Shown piece after piece: positions 1 to 11,033 of a stretch of 64,000 nt of DNA (the first letter of the stretch is position 1; each line of letters begins with the position of its first letter). A program made the translations under genes and the position numbers. The stretch is from NCBI GenBank assembly GCA_963833125.1, contig CAWHWX010000016.1, forward strand, positions 455,622 through 519,621, read 5' to 3'. Source of the stretch: Candidatus Bathyarchaeota archaeon (GTDB lineage: Archaea > Thermoproteota > Bathyarchaeia > 40CM-2-53-6). The notes beneath the pieces were generated by a model. It was given only the letters and a program-made list of their open reading frames with translations. It ran no database searches and was not told where the DNA came from.

Positions 1-633
1 TCGAAGATGATCATTCTTGCGATCCCTATCGATCTGCAGATTGCACTAGAGGTCGTCCTGTCAGCAGTCGTGATCGGCGTAATATTCGGTAGTGTAGCGG
101 CATACATTGGCGGTGCAATTGATGAAGTGATTCTGAGAATAACAGACGTATTTCTCGCCGTGCCCGGCATCCTCCTAGCGATCGTGATGATCGTGGTAAT
201 TGGGAGATCGCTACCGGTGCTCACCTTCGCGGTGCTCATCACTTGGTGGCCATTCTATGTGAGGCTGGTGAGGTCTCAGGTCTTGAGCGAGAAAGAGAGG
301 CCGTACGTGGAACGACTCCGTGCGATGGGAGCGGGTGCACCAAGAATCCTCTTCAGACACATTGTGCCGAATTCAATCTACCCAGTGCTAGTACAAGCTA
401 CGCTCGACATTGGTTCCGTCATATTGACAGTTTCAGCGTTGACATTCATCGGTCTTACCCCAAGCCCCCTCCTTCCAGAGCTTGGCAACTTGGCCAACCA
501 AGGAATCCAGTATCTCTTCACCGCCCCTTGGCTCATACTCTTCCCCGGCCTAACTATCTTGATAATTTCACTCGGCTTCAACCTGCTCGGCGACGGAATA
601 CGGGACATCTTCGACCCCAGATTGAGAAGATGA
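1..633 (+). CDS. Oligopeptide/dipeptide ABC transporter permease (OppC/DppC type), 5'-truncated by the window edge
   Basis: Hydrophobic protein with an EAA-like loop (YVERLRAMGAG...ILFRHIVPN) and the typical C-terminus FNLLGDGIRDIFDPR. Confidence 0.93.
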   Translation, partial: SKMIILAIPIDLQIALEVVLSAVVIGVIFGSVAAYIGGAIDEVILRITDVFLAVPGILLAIVMIVVIGRSLPVLTFAVLITWWPFYVRLVRSQVLSEKERPYVERLRAMGAGAPRILFRHIVPNSIYPVLVQATLDIGSVILTVSALTFIGLTPSPLLPELGNLANQGIQYLFTAPWLILFPGLTILIISLGFNLLGDGIRDIFDPRLRR

Positions 634-1770
634 TCAAAGAAAAATCCGAGAGTGGCACCGGGCAGGATATTCTCACCGTAAGAGACCTGAAAGTTACCTT
701 TCACACCTACGCAGGAGATGTGAAGGCACTCGATGGAGTCGAACTATCCCTCAGAAGAAAGGAACTTCTCGGATTGGTCGGCGAAAGTGGCTGCGGCAAG
801 TCTGTGACTAGCCTATCCATTGTAGGGTTACTTCCTCCGAAACGCGGAAATAGTCAGCGGAGAGGTCCTGCTCGATGGAATAAACCTACTCCAAATGAAG
901 AAGGAAGATCTGCGGCTGATGAGGCTGAAGGATATCGCAATGGTCTTTCAAGACCCCATGACGTACCTCAACCCGGTGCTCACTATTGGGTCACAAATAA
1001 CAGAGATTATCGCCTGCAAACCTGAGCTATTCGTGCAAGAACTCATCAGAGACCGGCTTCAAGAACTCGAAAAATTAGATTCTGCGAGCGGGCTTGCAGA
1101 AGAATTGAAGAATGAGAGGGATAGGCTGCGAGCCGCGTCAGCGACCGACCGGCTAGGGAATGATGAAATCAAAAAACTTACTCGCCTCTATGCCATCTCA
1201 ATTCTGAAGTCAGTTAGGCTCGCAGAACCTGAGAAGGCCTTCCAGTTGTACCCATTCGAGTTATCGGGTGGGATGAGGCAGAGGGCTATGATTGCCATGG
1301 CCCTCGTACGGCGACCGAAAGTTCTTCTCGCCGACGAGATTACGACCGCACTAGACGTCACTGTCCAAGCCCAAACATTGCAGCTTCTAACGCAACTGAA
1401 ACAGACGATAGACACTTCAGTTCTACTCATAACTCATGACCTCGCCGTAGTCGCAGAGGTCTGCGACAGAGTTGCCGTGATGTACGCCGGTAACGTCGTC
1501 GAAGTGGCGGACGTAGAAGAACTGTTCAGAAACCCCCTACACCCCTACACACAAGGCCTTCTGGCCTCGGTGCCGCGAGCGGATATCACCGCCGTTGAAC
1601 AGAAATCAATCCAGGGCTCCGTGCCAAATCTCCTCTCTCCACCAAGCGGATGCAGATTCCATCCAAGATGCCCGAAGGCGTTCGACAAATGTCCCCTCAA
1701 GAAGCCGACTTTGCTAGAAGTAAGCCCCGGACACTACGTCTCATGTTTTCTGTATGGAGGTGAGAGCTAG
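630..1770 (+). CDS. Oligopeptide ABC transporter ATP-binding subunit (OppD/DppD type); frameshift at ~840
   Basis: Walker A GESGCGKS lies in the frame starting at ATG 630. LSGGMRQR, LLADE and the C-terminal CRFHPRC motif lie in ORF 895..1770. The extra A falls in an aaa run. Confidence 0.9.
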
Positions 1771-2781
1771 TTGGATGAATACTTCCTACAGACTGATGGT
1801 CTGTTCAAATGGTTTCCGATTAGAAGTGGCATGCTTAGTCGTACGAAGAATTTTGTGAAGGCAGTCGACGGCGTCTCGTTAGCCGTGAAGCGAGGAGAGA
1901 CGTTCGGGCTCGTCGGAGAATCGGGGTGTGGTAAGACGACCTTAGGTAGAACGATTATGCGATTGACTGAACCTTCTAAAGGATCGATAACCTTCGACGG
2001 AGAAAACATATCACGTTTACGGGGAAAGGATCTCAGATTGGTTCGGCATAAGATGCAGATGGTCTTCCAGGATCCATACGCCTCTCTTGACCCTAGACAA
2101 AGCGTCCGCTCAGCTCTGACCGAGCCCATGAAGATTCATCGAACGGTATCCTCCAAACGAGACGCGAACAAACGTGCTGAAGAGCTCATAGAGCTGGTGG
2201 GCCTCAACCCGGACCACTTGGCTAGGTTTCCCCATGAGTTTTCGGGTGGACAAAGGCAGAGGATTGCGATAGCCGTTACGCTTGCAGTGAATCCATCATT
2301 CATAGTCTTAGACGAACCCACCTCATCCCTTGACGTTTCAGTTCAAGCCCAAATTCTCAAGCTGTTGAAGCAAATACAGAACGACATGGGGCTAACCTAC
2401 GTCTTCATCTCACACAACTTAGCCGTAATCAGGCAGATGTGTGCGAGAACAGGCGTCATGTACCTCGGAAGAATCGTCGAACTGGCTGACACTTCGAGGC
2501 TTTTCGAAAATCCCAAGCATCCCTACACGAAGGCGCTGCTCTCATCCGTCCCACTCCCAGACCCGACGAAGAGGAAGCAACTTGCACCACTCGAAGGCGA
2601 TGTGCCAAGCCCCGTAAACATACCAAATGGCTGCAGGTTCAGAACCCGCTGTTCCTATACGACCGATAGATGCGCGAACATTCCACCGCCTCTCGTGGAG
2701 GTGGAGAAAAATCACTGGACCGAATGCCACTACGATATCGATTTCCAAACCAAAACTCAAAGAGAAATTGGCGGTGATTAA
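1771..2781 (+). CDS. Oligopeptide ABC transporter ATP-binding subunit (OppF/DppF type)
   Basis: GESGCGKT, FSGGQRQR, VLDEPT, C-terminal CRFRTRC. Confidence 0.95.
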   Translation: MDEYFLQTDGLFKWFPIRSGMLSRTKNFVKAVDGVSLAVKRGETFGLVGESGCGKTTLGRTIMRLTEPSKGSITFDGENISRLRGKDLRLVRHKMQMVFQDPYASLDPRQSVRSALTEPMKIHRTVSSKRDANKRAEELIELVGLNPDHLARFPHEFSGGQRQRIAIAVTLAVNPSFIVLDEPTSSLDVSVQAQILKLLKQIQNDMGLTYVFISHNLAVIRQMCARTGVMYLGRIVELADTSRLFENPKHPYTKALLSSVPLPDPTKRKQLAPLEGDVPSPVNIPNGCRFRTRCSYTTDRCANIPPPLVEVEKNHWTECHYDIDFQTKTQREIGGD

Positions 2782-2796
2782 CTGCCAGGTCCGATC

Positions 2797-3456
2797 CTAT
2801 TCGCCAATCTCGGCGAAAGCCCGCACTGGAAACGAGGCACCGTTTACAATTCGCGGTGGGACGGCGTAGAATCTGAAGCCCGTTCTCGGAAGCGCAGAAA
2901 GGTTTGCCAAATGTTCCACGATTACGATATTTGCTTCCAAAAGACGAGTGTGAACCGGCCGAGCCTTATTTTCGGTGTCGTCAATGTTCCAAAAGTCAAC
3001 TCCGGCAAGTTTAGCCTTTGAACGAATCAAGAGATCGATGGATTCATCGCTCAGGAACGGACCAAGCTCCCAGTACCTCTCTGTTCCCCACCTCTCATCC
3101 CATCCCGTCCGTAGAAGAACCGCTCTATCGCGCAATTCCGATTCTTCACAATCGATCTTAATGGAACGGTTGGCAGATGGTTGTCCGTCAATTACAATGC
3201 CGGCTACGCCTGCAATGCTTTCAAGAGGAATTCGGCTCAGGTCGAGACCCTTGGCGTGTCGATGAAACGGAGAGTCAACGTAAGTCCCAACGTTACCCAC
3301 CATATCGACTCTCCCAATATAGAATTCAGCCTTCCCGTCATACCGGGACCGTGAATCCTCCCGTGTGATGAACGCCTGAATCTTGGGACCAGGAAAACCA
3401 GGGTACGCCTTCATGCCATCCTCAATGGGGTGACTAAGATCAATGAACCTCACCAA
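2797..3456 (-). CDS. Cyclase family / kynurenine formamidase-like metal-dependent hydrolase
   Basis: IDLSHPI, NVGTYVDSPFH (variant of HxGTHxDxPxH), LLRTGW, IVEHLANL, PVRAFA. Confidence 0.85.
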   Translation of the reverse strand: MVRFIDLSHPIEDGMKAYPGFPGPKIQAFITREDSRSRYDGKAEFYIGRVDMVGNVGTYVDSPFHRHAKGLDLSRIPLESIAGVAGIVIDGQPSANRSIKIDCEESELRDRAVLLRTGWDERWGTERYWELGPFLSDESIDLLIRSKAKLAGVDFWNIDDTENKARPVHTRLLEANIVIVEHLANLSALPRTGFRFYAVPPRIVNGASFPVRAFAEIGE

Positions 3457-3472
3457 GTGAAACGACCTGATC

Positions 3473-4027
3473 TCAAGCCTTTCCGATTTTCTTTCGAGAT
3501 AACCGTTGGCATAAGGTCAATGGTATTGCAATTACGGCGAGTATGGTGACGACTGCTTGGCCTTGTTGAAACTCAGGTAGAGGAGCATCCCCCACCTGGA
3601 TTGCGACTGTCGTTGCATTTAGCAAATATTTTCCGCTTGCAGCACCTGCTTGATTCATGTACGTGTCAACGTCTACCGGCCAGGTTCCGTTACTCAACGG
3701 TGCCGTCGCGAAGTTCTCCACGCTTACTGAGAAGTTATTGGCATTATAACCGATGGAAGTACTGTTCGATGAAAGGATGGACTTTGACGCACTGTCTGCC
3801 AAGTCCACTCTCACGGAAAAGTAGTCTTCTCCGTCTGACGTACAGGAACCGGCAACAGTAGTCACAAACTGAATCTGTTGCCCGGGTGAGGCTTGGTGAA
3901 GATATGCGGATGAAACTGTAACAGTTTGACAGAGGTTCGCCTTCACAGTGGAACCTGAAAGAGCGAGAAGTAGGATCCATCCAATCAGGGCTATGTGAAT
4001 CGCAATCCGCCGGCTCAACTGAATCAT
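3473..4027 (-). CDS. Secreted/surface protein with PEF-CTERM-like sorting signal
   Basis: Signal peptide; C-terminal LPEF, hydrophobic helix, then RLSRKK. Confidence 0.75.
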   Translation of the reverse strand: MIQLSRRIAIHIALIGWILLLALSGSTVKANLCQTVTVSSAYLHQASPGQQIQFVTTVAGSCTSDGEDYFSVRVDLADSASKSILSSNSTSIGYNANNFSVSVENFATAPLSNGTWPVDVDTYMNQAGAASGKYLLNATTVAIQVGDAPLPEFQQGQAVVTILAVIAIPLTLCQRLSRKKIGKA

Positions 4028-4198
4028 GTCTTCGAAGATATCTTCACGTATATCAACCGTTCAGAAATCACGTAGACCGTTTTTAATCGGCAATCCTAGG
4101 TCCATCACGACACTTAGTGCGTGAACAGTTTTCGTCGATTGAGAGGTTGCGGCGGGCCATGCCAAATCTAATAAACACATAGAGTTGTATGAATATTC

Positions 4199-5812
4199 AT
4201 GAAAACTACCGAGGTTTTCGCAAGGAAATCTTCCGGCCTCGTCAGAGTGATGTCGCCTTACTCAGCTTTCGCGTATAATGTCTTGAACATCGGCGTCATC
4301 TTTCCGTGGGTCTATCTCTCGGTTGGCCTTTGGCCTGACGCGAACGTACCCCTCGCAATATTAATCGCTGGCATCTTCACCGCCTTCCTATCACTCGTGT
4401 ACTCAGGCCTAGCGGCGGCGATGCCTCGAACTGGCGGTGACTACGTGTTTCAAAGCCGTACCTTGAAACCTTGGCTTGGTTTCGCGATTGTTTCAACAAT
4501 GATAGTTACATTTTTCCTTCTGTGGCAGGCTCTAGGAGGATGGTTGACGGCGATTTTGGGACTCGCTCCTCTGTTCACAGGTTTGGGTTTGGCGATGGGC
4601 AACACCCAACTATTGAACCTGGGAATATGGTTCACCACTCCGCTCGGGATCTGGATTACCACCGTAGTGGCGTCAACCTTTGCCGCCGCGGTTCTAATCA
4701 AGAGCTTCAAATGGTTCGTTCAAGCCCAATGGGTGATGTGGTACGGTTTCCTCCTCAGCTTCGTCGTAATGATCGCCTTCTTCCTAATCACTCCCACAAG
4801 CGTTTTCATCGAGCGCTTCAACCATGCCATGACTATACTCGCACCGGGAACACCCAACTACTACAGCTACGTCATGACCCAGGCACAAGCAAACGGATTC
4901 GCGCCTGTCAGCGGCTTTTCATGGAGTTCCACTTTCATCGTCATGGCCGTGGCGCTAACTAGTCTCGGCTGGGTTGGTTACGCGCAAGAACAAGCGGGAG
5001 AAATTCAAGGAGCGTCGAAACTCAACAACCAGTTGTTCATCAACCTGGGTGGTTGCCTTTTCAGCACATTACTAATGATGATTCTCGCATATGCCTTCAT
5101 TAATACTGTCGGCCAGGGTTGGCTTGCAGCCGCAGCATATGGCAGCTTCTATACTGGAACAGTCAGCATGCCCATCCCGCCATGGTTCAGCAACCTCGCA
5201 GCCGTCTTAACGGACAACCCATTTCTCGTCTTCTTCATGATCATCGGAATCTTCCTCAACGCCCTCCAAGTCGTATTCAACGTAATCATTGGTTGGACGA
5301 GGGTGGCAGTTGCCATGTCGATTGACGGCGTCCTACCAAAATTTGTCAGCCACGTCAGCGAACGAACTCACACACCAGTCACCGCCCACGTAATCTTCCT
5401 AATTTTGGGCGGAGGTGTGATGAGCTTCGTTTACAACTTCTACCCAGGCTTTCTCACATACACACTTGCGGTCACGATGGTTGCTACCGTGATGTATATC
5501 GGAACATCCTTGGGTGGCGCCGTGTTCCCATGGACAAGGAAGGCGGTCTATGAGATCTCTCCGATCGCAAAGTACAAAGTTGCAGGAATCCCGCTTATAG
5601 CCATATGCGGGGTCGTTGCCGCCATATTCAGCGCATGGATGTTGGTCTACTACCTGACAGTCCCAGGACTCGGCTTTGCAAACGTAACATCAGAGATAGT
5701 GATGCTTGGAATTTTCGTAGCGTGGAGCGCTTACTACTTTATTCGGCGCTGGTACCTTAAACGGTCAGGCATCGACCTAGAGCTTGCCTTCAAAGAAGTG
5801 CCACCGATCTGA
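4199..5812 (+). CDS. APC-superfamily amino acid permease
   Basis: ~12 TM segments; FARKSSGLVR N-terminus, AMPRTGGDYV, C-terminal FKEVPP. Confidence 0.9.
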   Translation: MKTTEVFARKSSGLVRVMSPYSAFAYNVLNIGVIFPWVYLSVGLWPDANVPLAILIAGIFTAFLSLVYSGLAAAMPRTGGDYVFQSRTLKPWLGFAIVSTMIVTFFLLWQALGGWLTAILGLAPLFTGLGLAMGNTQLLNLGIWFTTPLGIWITTVVASTFAAAVLIKSFKWFVQAQWVMWYGFLLSFVVMIAFFLITPTSVFIERFNHAMTILAPGTPNYYSYVMTQAQANGFAPVSGFSWSSTFIVMAVALTSLGWVGYAQEQAGEIQGASKLNNQLFINLGGCLFSTLLMMILAYAFINTVGQGWLAAAAYGSFYTGTVSMPIPPWFSNLAAVLTDNPFLVFFMIIGIFLNALQVVFNVIIGWTRVAVAMSIDGVLPKFVSHVSERTHTPVTAHVIFLILGGGVMSFVYNFYPGFLTYTLAVTMVATVMYIGTSLGGAVFPWTRKAVYEISPIAKYKVAGIPLIAICGVVAAIFSAWMLVYYLTVPGLGFANVTSEIVMLGIFVAWSAYYFIRRWYLKRSGIDLELAFKEVPPI

Positions 5813-5829
5813 GGCACTTCCCTCCCTTC

Positions 5830-6815
5830 CTATCCTGACGTAAGCTGATAGCTCAGCACTTTATCTTTCTGAAGGCTTCACAATTACTCCGCGCAATATC
5901 CCTGAACCATATTCAGAACCTGGGTTAATGCAGGTCGTACGCTTAATCTTCGCCGCATTCTTAGTCTCATGAATGTGGCCACAGAGCATTAGCAATGGCT
6001 GACTCTTCTCAATCAGTGCACGCACCTGCGGTGCTTCCGACAGGGATCCAAATAGCGTTGCCCGCTGAAGTGACTGCTTTCGGTGGGTCAAAACTCGCAT
6101 CCAGTTTGGCGGCAATGTCCAATGTAGAGTCGAATGGGGGTGGGTGAATGTTGAAAACACAATTCGACATATCCTGCACTTGGCTTGCCACTTTTGCCAA
6201 CCTCGTCGTGAGCTCCTCCTCGCTGCATTCGCGAGGTGTCTTCCAGGGGGTTGGGTTGCTCCAGCCAACGCTCATCATCTCATGGGCATCATCCAACCTG
6301 ATTACTTTCTCCTCCACATTCATGAAGTACTCATTACCTGGAACGCTGTCCAATATCTTCTGTTGGTCGTCATTCCCACCCGTCCAGTAACACTTCACTC
6401 CAAGCGGCTCAAGGTGCTGCTTAGCTAAACTCGCCCAACTACTCAAACGTTCAATCATTAGTTTCTCGAAAATAGTCGAAACCTTCTCGGGGTCAGACCG
6501 CACGCTTTCATACTCGGCTTCGTTCACCCTGTACTGGTAAATTCCAGAGTTCATGATTCGGGTCTCGTATTGCGGTAGTTGACTCTCGGGGATCCCATGG
6601 AACTCTTGGCCTTGGAAGTTGAAGCGATACTTTCCATCCTCACCTTTCACGAAGGGGACTACGTTCTTTCCTGTCACGTCGCCGCCCATGATCAACGCAT
6701 CTGCTTCGTAAAACTCAGCGGCTCCCAGGAACCTCCTGAACACAATTTCTGAGGAATGCAGGTCTGTCGCGAAGAATATGCGGCGGTACTTTCTCTTTGC
6801 CCTCTGGTCAGCCAC
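5830..6815 (-). CDS. Calcineurin-like (Icc-type) metallophosphoesterase; frameshifts at ~6065 and ~5877
   Basis: DLHSS, GGDVTGK, GNDD, HPPP, GHIHE, INPGSEY distributed across two ORFs; restored end LSYQLTSG*. Confidence 0.85.
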
Positions 6816-6933
6816 AGTGAATCATTTGGGAGTGCGAATCAACTCGGCATTAAGCCTTCACTTGCAACGGTCACCGCAACAACGGAAGAAAAGGCAGATT
6901 AGCCGACACGAGCCAGATGAGTTGTGACGCGGT

Positions 6934-7206
6934 ATGCTCTTTATGGTGATTGAAAGGTTCAAGAACAGGAACGCTCGCGCCGTCTACGTGCGCTCCCTGG
7001 AACAGGGTCGAATGCTTCCGGAAGGGCTGAAGTATGTTGACAGTTGGGTTGAAGCAAACTTTGATCGTTTCTTCCAACTAATGGAATGCGAAGATCCAAA
7101 GCTTTTCCAGCAGTGGATCCTGCACTGGCAAGATCTAGTCGACTTCGAAATCATTCCCATCGTCCCATCCAAAGACACAACCGACACGATCGCTCCCATG
7201 CTCTAG
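6934..7206 (+). CDS. DUF3303-like small protein
   Basis: Pattern MLFMVIERF...GRMLPEGL.YVDSWV...WQDLVDFEIIP. Confidence 0.75.
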   Translation: MLFMVIERFKNRNARAVYVRSLEQGRMLPEGLKYVDSWVEANFDRFFQLMECEDPKLFQQWILHWQDLVDFEIIPIVPSKDTTDTIAPML

Positions 7207-7335
7207 ATTACCCCTGTTAGTGCGCGCCCCAGAAAAGCGTGTTTGATGTGCACACACCCTTTACGACCGACGGCCGCATTTTGAGACACTCAAGACAACA
7301 AAACGCTGCACTAACAGTAAGCCGTTAGATTTTCT

Positions 7336-7965
7336 TCAAGGCTTAGCTTTGCGTCGAATCAACCCATAGCCCACGACCATGAAGATTGCTAAGAATGCAA
7401 GCCCAAATGGGTATTCCGGAATGACTTGAGCAGAACCCACTCCAAATGGTGTACCTACAAGCTGGCTGACGGTCGGTGAGCTAGTCGCGCCGAAAGTGAT
7501 AGTAATCGTGTGGGCCGTCGTGTCGATTACTGGATCGCAGCAGATCGGCACCCATTGATTTCCAAGAGAGTTATACCAGAACAAGCTAGGGTTGGTGATC
7601 GTTGACGGGTAGAAGAATGTAACAACAACTTGAGTTACGCCGGTAATGCTAGTCATGCGTACATCATAAAAGGTGGGCGTGTTGAACGGAGTTGGCCCGC
7701 CTGGATTGGCACTATACGTCCCAACCGTTACAACGGTCGACGTCGTGGTTGTGGTGACAGTCGCCGTCACGCCTACGCTGGGATCCCCGATGGTCGTCGT
7801 TGCTCCTGGTGAAACGGGACCGGAGGCGCAATTACTCAAACCGAGAACATCGCATGGCGCATATGCCCGAGGAATAAACGTCGGAATCAACAGAATAATT
7901 ACTACAACAAGAATGCACGAGGTAATTTTGAGGACTCGCCTCGGAATCATAGGCAAGAGAATCAA
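7336..7965 (-). CDS. Secreted/surface protein with PEF-like (IPEY) C-terminal sorting signal
   Basis: Signal peptide, Thr-rich segment, then IPEYPFG, TM and RRK. Confidence 0.8.
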   Translation of the reverse strand: MILLPMIPRRVLKITSCILVVVIILLIPTFIPRAYAPCDVLGLSNCASGPVSPGATTTIGDPSVGVTATVTTTTTSTVVTVGTYSANPGGPTPFNTPTFYDVRMTSITGVTQVVVTFFYPSTITNPSLFWYNSLGNQWVPICCDPVIDTTAHTITITFGATSSPTVSQLVGTPFGVGSAQVIPEYPFGLAFLAIFMVVGYGLIRRKAKP

Positions 7966-8027
7966 TGCCAGCGAATCACGTTAGCGGTAACTCGGAATAA
8001 AGAATTTTCTCCTGTGTGTGAGTAAGT

Positions 8028-8123
8028 TGGTGCGGCCGCCGGGATTCGGACCCGGGTCGTTGGCTTGGAAGGCCAATGGACGCGCAAAACGCAATGTCCT
8101 AGACCAGACTAGACTACGGCCGC
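8028..8123 (-). tRNA. tRNA-Gly(TCC) with encoded CCA and an 18-nt non-canonical intron (8076..8093)
   Basis: Acceptor stem GCGGCCG/CGGCCGC-A-CCA; after intron removal the anticodon arm is TTGGC-CTTCCAA-GCCAA. Confidence 0.93.
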
Positions 8124-8209
8124 ATGGTTACGCGTTGCGCAACTAGGCATCTATCGTTTAGATAATAAACTTCGTTAACAATTCTGACCTTCTCGAAACT
8201 ACTCTAGGT

Positions 8210-10331
8210 TTAGGATCGCCGGCGTCCACGTCTCAAGAGATACGTGGATGATACTAATGCTGAGAAGAGGACTACTGCAACCCCGTTGAACTCCGGCACT
8301 GGAGTCGCTTGCGTGAAGTTGGCGGTAACGATTTCTGCAGCCGGTGGTACAGTGTAAGTTATCGAGGTGGAGTAAACGGCGCCGATGCTCGGGGCAGTCC
8401 AGCTGTTGAACGGGCATGTACCCAGCGGGCAGTTTACCCCTGTTACCGAGACCGAGTGCCGCGATCCTGCCGTCCAGAAGAATGTGTGCGGTGTTGAGGT
8501 TAGCACGCCGTCTACGGCTACTGTTGGACCCGTGGCGCTTGTGGTTATTGTGATGGGTATCAGCATCTGTGGCGCCGGAGCATTGTAATATGCTGCCACT
8601 GTCTCACCGTAAGAGGGGACGACATATGTGATCGTGTTCATGTTCGTTGTACCAATACTCGGCGAAGCCCAGCTAACGAATTGTCCGTTGCCGTTCTGGG
8701 CTGAGAGAGTGTGCGTGCTTCCCGCAGTCCAGTAAAATGTCTGCGGGATGATGACCGGGGTCCCGTCCACTGTCAAGAATCCGCTACCGGGCGGCAGTTC
8801 CACCAACTGTATGGGTACGTTCTGTGATGCCTGGTAGTAAGCGGTCACTGTTTCAGAGTACCTTGGGACAGTGTACGTGAAGGAAGGCGAGTTAGTCGTG
8901 CCGACACTTTGCGACTGCCAGTAGCTGAACTGAGTCTGGCATCCCGAGGTGCCACAGTAGCGGTTTGCGGACAACGTGTGCGTGCTGCCCATCTGCCAGT
9001 TGAACGTTTGTGATGTAGTAATCTGGGTTCCGTCGACGTAGATATAGTTCAATCCTGATGGAGAGGATGCTATGGTTATGGAAACCGTTGTTTGTGGTTG
9101 AGTTATTTGGTACACTGCAGTGACGGTTTCCGTCGAGGACGGGACGGTGTAGGTTATGGATTGAGAGTTCACTGATCCGAGGCTTGGAGAGGTCCAGAAG
9201 AGGAACGTCGCCTGACAGTTGTAGTTGCATGGTGGGTTGTATGTCGCAAAGAGGTTGTGGGTTGTTCCTGGAGTCCAGCTATATATCTGCGGGGTGGTTA
9301 TGGATGAGCCGTCAACCTGTATTGCGCCGCTGCTTGAAGGATTCGATCCTACAGTTATCTGCACCGTGCTCGTCGGACCAAAAGCCTGCGGTTTCCGTGA
9401 TCGGGGCGTTCATAGTGACCGTAGCTGAGGCTGAAGAGCCGCTAAAAGAGCCTGAACCGGAACCAGTCCACGAGACGAACGAGAAACCGGTGTTAGGCGA
9501 GGCAAGTATCGGTATTACGGCATTAGCATTCTGATATCCTGTGGGCGGAGCAACTGAGCCCCCAGCGTTGGATTGGATTGTTAGAAGATACTGCTGCTGA
9601 TAAGTGGCTGAGTAGGACACAGCAAAATTGGGAACCGTGATCGTGTGGGTTTGTCCTCCGCCGTCTGACCACGACTGAAATACATACTGGCACGAAATCC
9701 CGCAGTTCAAAGAGCCGACTGCGGATAGGGTGTGCATTGAGCCGCTTTGCATGTTGAATACCGTAGGAGTCGTAATTGGATTTCCATCCACCGTGACCAA
9801 CCCCATCCCGTGCGGAGAAGAGTCAACGGTTACGCTCACGATCGGGATGGTCGTGGTCGTGGATGCTGTTGTACCGGTAGCGGTAGTGCCTGTGGCTGTA
9901 GTGCCCGTGGCGGTTGTGCCTGTTTGAGTCGTCCCAGTGGCAGTCGTACCTGTGGCGGTTGTTGAGGCGGTTGTACCCGTAGCCGTAGTGCCAGTTGCAG
10001 TTGTACCCGTTGCAGTAGTGCCTGTAGCTGTCGTACCTGTAGCGGTCGTGCCAGTAGCCGTGGTAGTTATCGGGTCCGTGGAAACAGTTGAACCAGAAGC
10101 GGTTATGCCCGTGGCGGTTGTACCCGTTGCAGTAGTACCACTTGCTGTCGTCCCTGTTGCGGTTGTACCGTTAACTGTTTGAAAGGGAGAGATTCGTGCG
10201 AACGCATGCAACACGCTTGTACCATACACGGGTTGGGACATGTACGGAGAAGCCGTGGCAAGGGCCATGATGGACACGGCTACCAAAAGGGCGATCGCCC
10301 AGCGCTCACGCATGAACCGAATGTTGGTCAA
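8210..10331 (-). CDS. Large surface glycoprotein: signal peptide, TATGT repeats, repeated beta-sandwich (InlB-B/Flg_new-like) domains, PEF-CTERM; frameshift at ~9381
   Basis: Removing one base from a T4 run joins ...TAGFGPTSTVQITVGS...; repeated units ITVDG..ITTP..F.W..GS.HTLSA; ends VPEF, TM, RRGRRR. Confidence 0.85.
9855..10172 (-). repeat. Coding tandem repeat, 15-nt unit encoding (T-A-T-G-T)n, roughly 17 units
   Basis: Peptide repeat is near-perfect while third codon positions vary. Confidence 0.9.
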
Positions 10332-10530
10332 CTACGACAAGTAGTCGAACCAGGCTCTAATAATAAGATTTGTAGCAAATCTCAGATCTTACCAAGATTT
10401 GAAGAAGGTTGTTTTTTGCGCTTGATCTGCCTGTATTCACCTGAGAATCCGAACGCCGTAAAGTTCAACCGAGGTTCTACTTTGAGAATTAGTAGGAAAC
10501 TCTATCTCCTATCTGACTCGGGGCGCATGT

Positions 10531-10951
10531 GTGATGATCTTGTGTCCCGTTGCTCTGCGAGTAAAAGATGTCATTGAAGGCAAAGTGGTAACAATGGAAG
10601 CGACGAGATCCGTGGCCGAAGCCGTGAAGGAAATCTTAGCGAATGACGTCTGGTCCGTGGTTGTCACAAGGAGCGGGGTGCCCGTTGGAGTAGTGACGGA
10701 ACGCGACATAATTCGTCGCACTTACGAAAGGGTTGCCGCCTGAAAGGACCACGGTTGAATCAGTTATGACCAGCCCATTAGTTACCATAACTCCTGAGGC
10801 TTCGCTTGGTGAGGCAATGCTGTTAATGGAGGAGAAGAAGGTCCGGCGCCTCTTCGTCGTCGAGAACGGAAAGATCACAGGCAGGATCACCCAGACAGGC
10901 GTCTTGAACCAAATGCTTGACGTATTGATCGCACTTTCCGCTGCAGCATGA
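10531..10951 (+). CDS. CBS-domain pair protein; frameshift at ~10725
   Basis: First CBS (VGVVTERDIIRR) and second CBS (VMTSPLVTITPEASL..A...M....VRRL) are in adjacent frames. Confidence 0.85.
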
Positions 10952-11033
10952 ACCGGGGAAAATGAGCGATAGTATGTCAGCCTGTTGTTCGCCTTTAACC
11001 CTCTAGCGCAATGAATAACTTCATCCGACAACA

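Noticed and set aside
243-629. N-terminal part of the 260-aa ORF 243..1025
   Set aside because: Alternative frame over the permease gene; only the part from ATG 630 is the real ATPase N-terminus
9730-10182. Plus-strand ORFs with (VVPVA)n, and the 15-nt periodicity as a CRISPR array
   Set aside because: Antisense shadow of the TATGT coding repeat; no unique spacers and no cas genes
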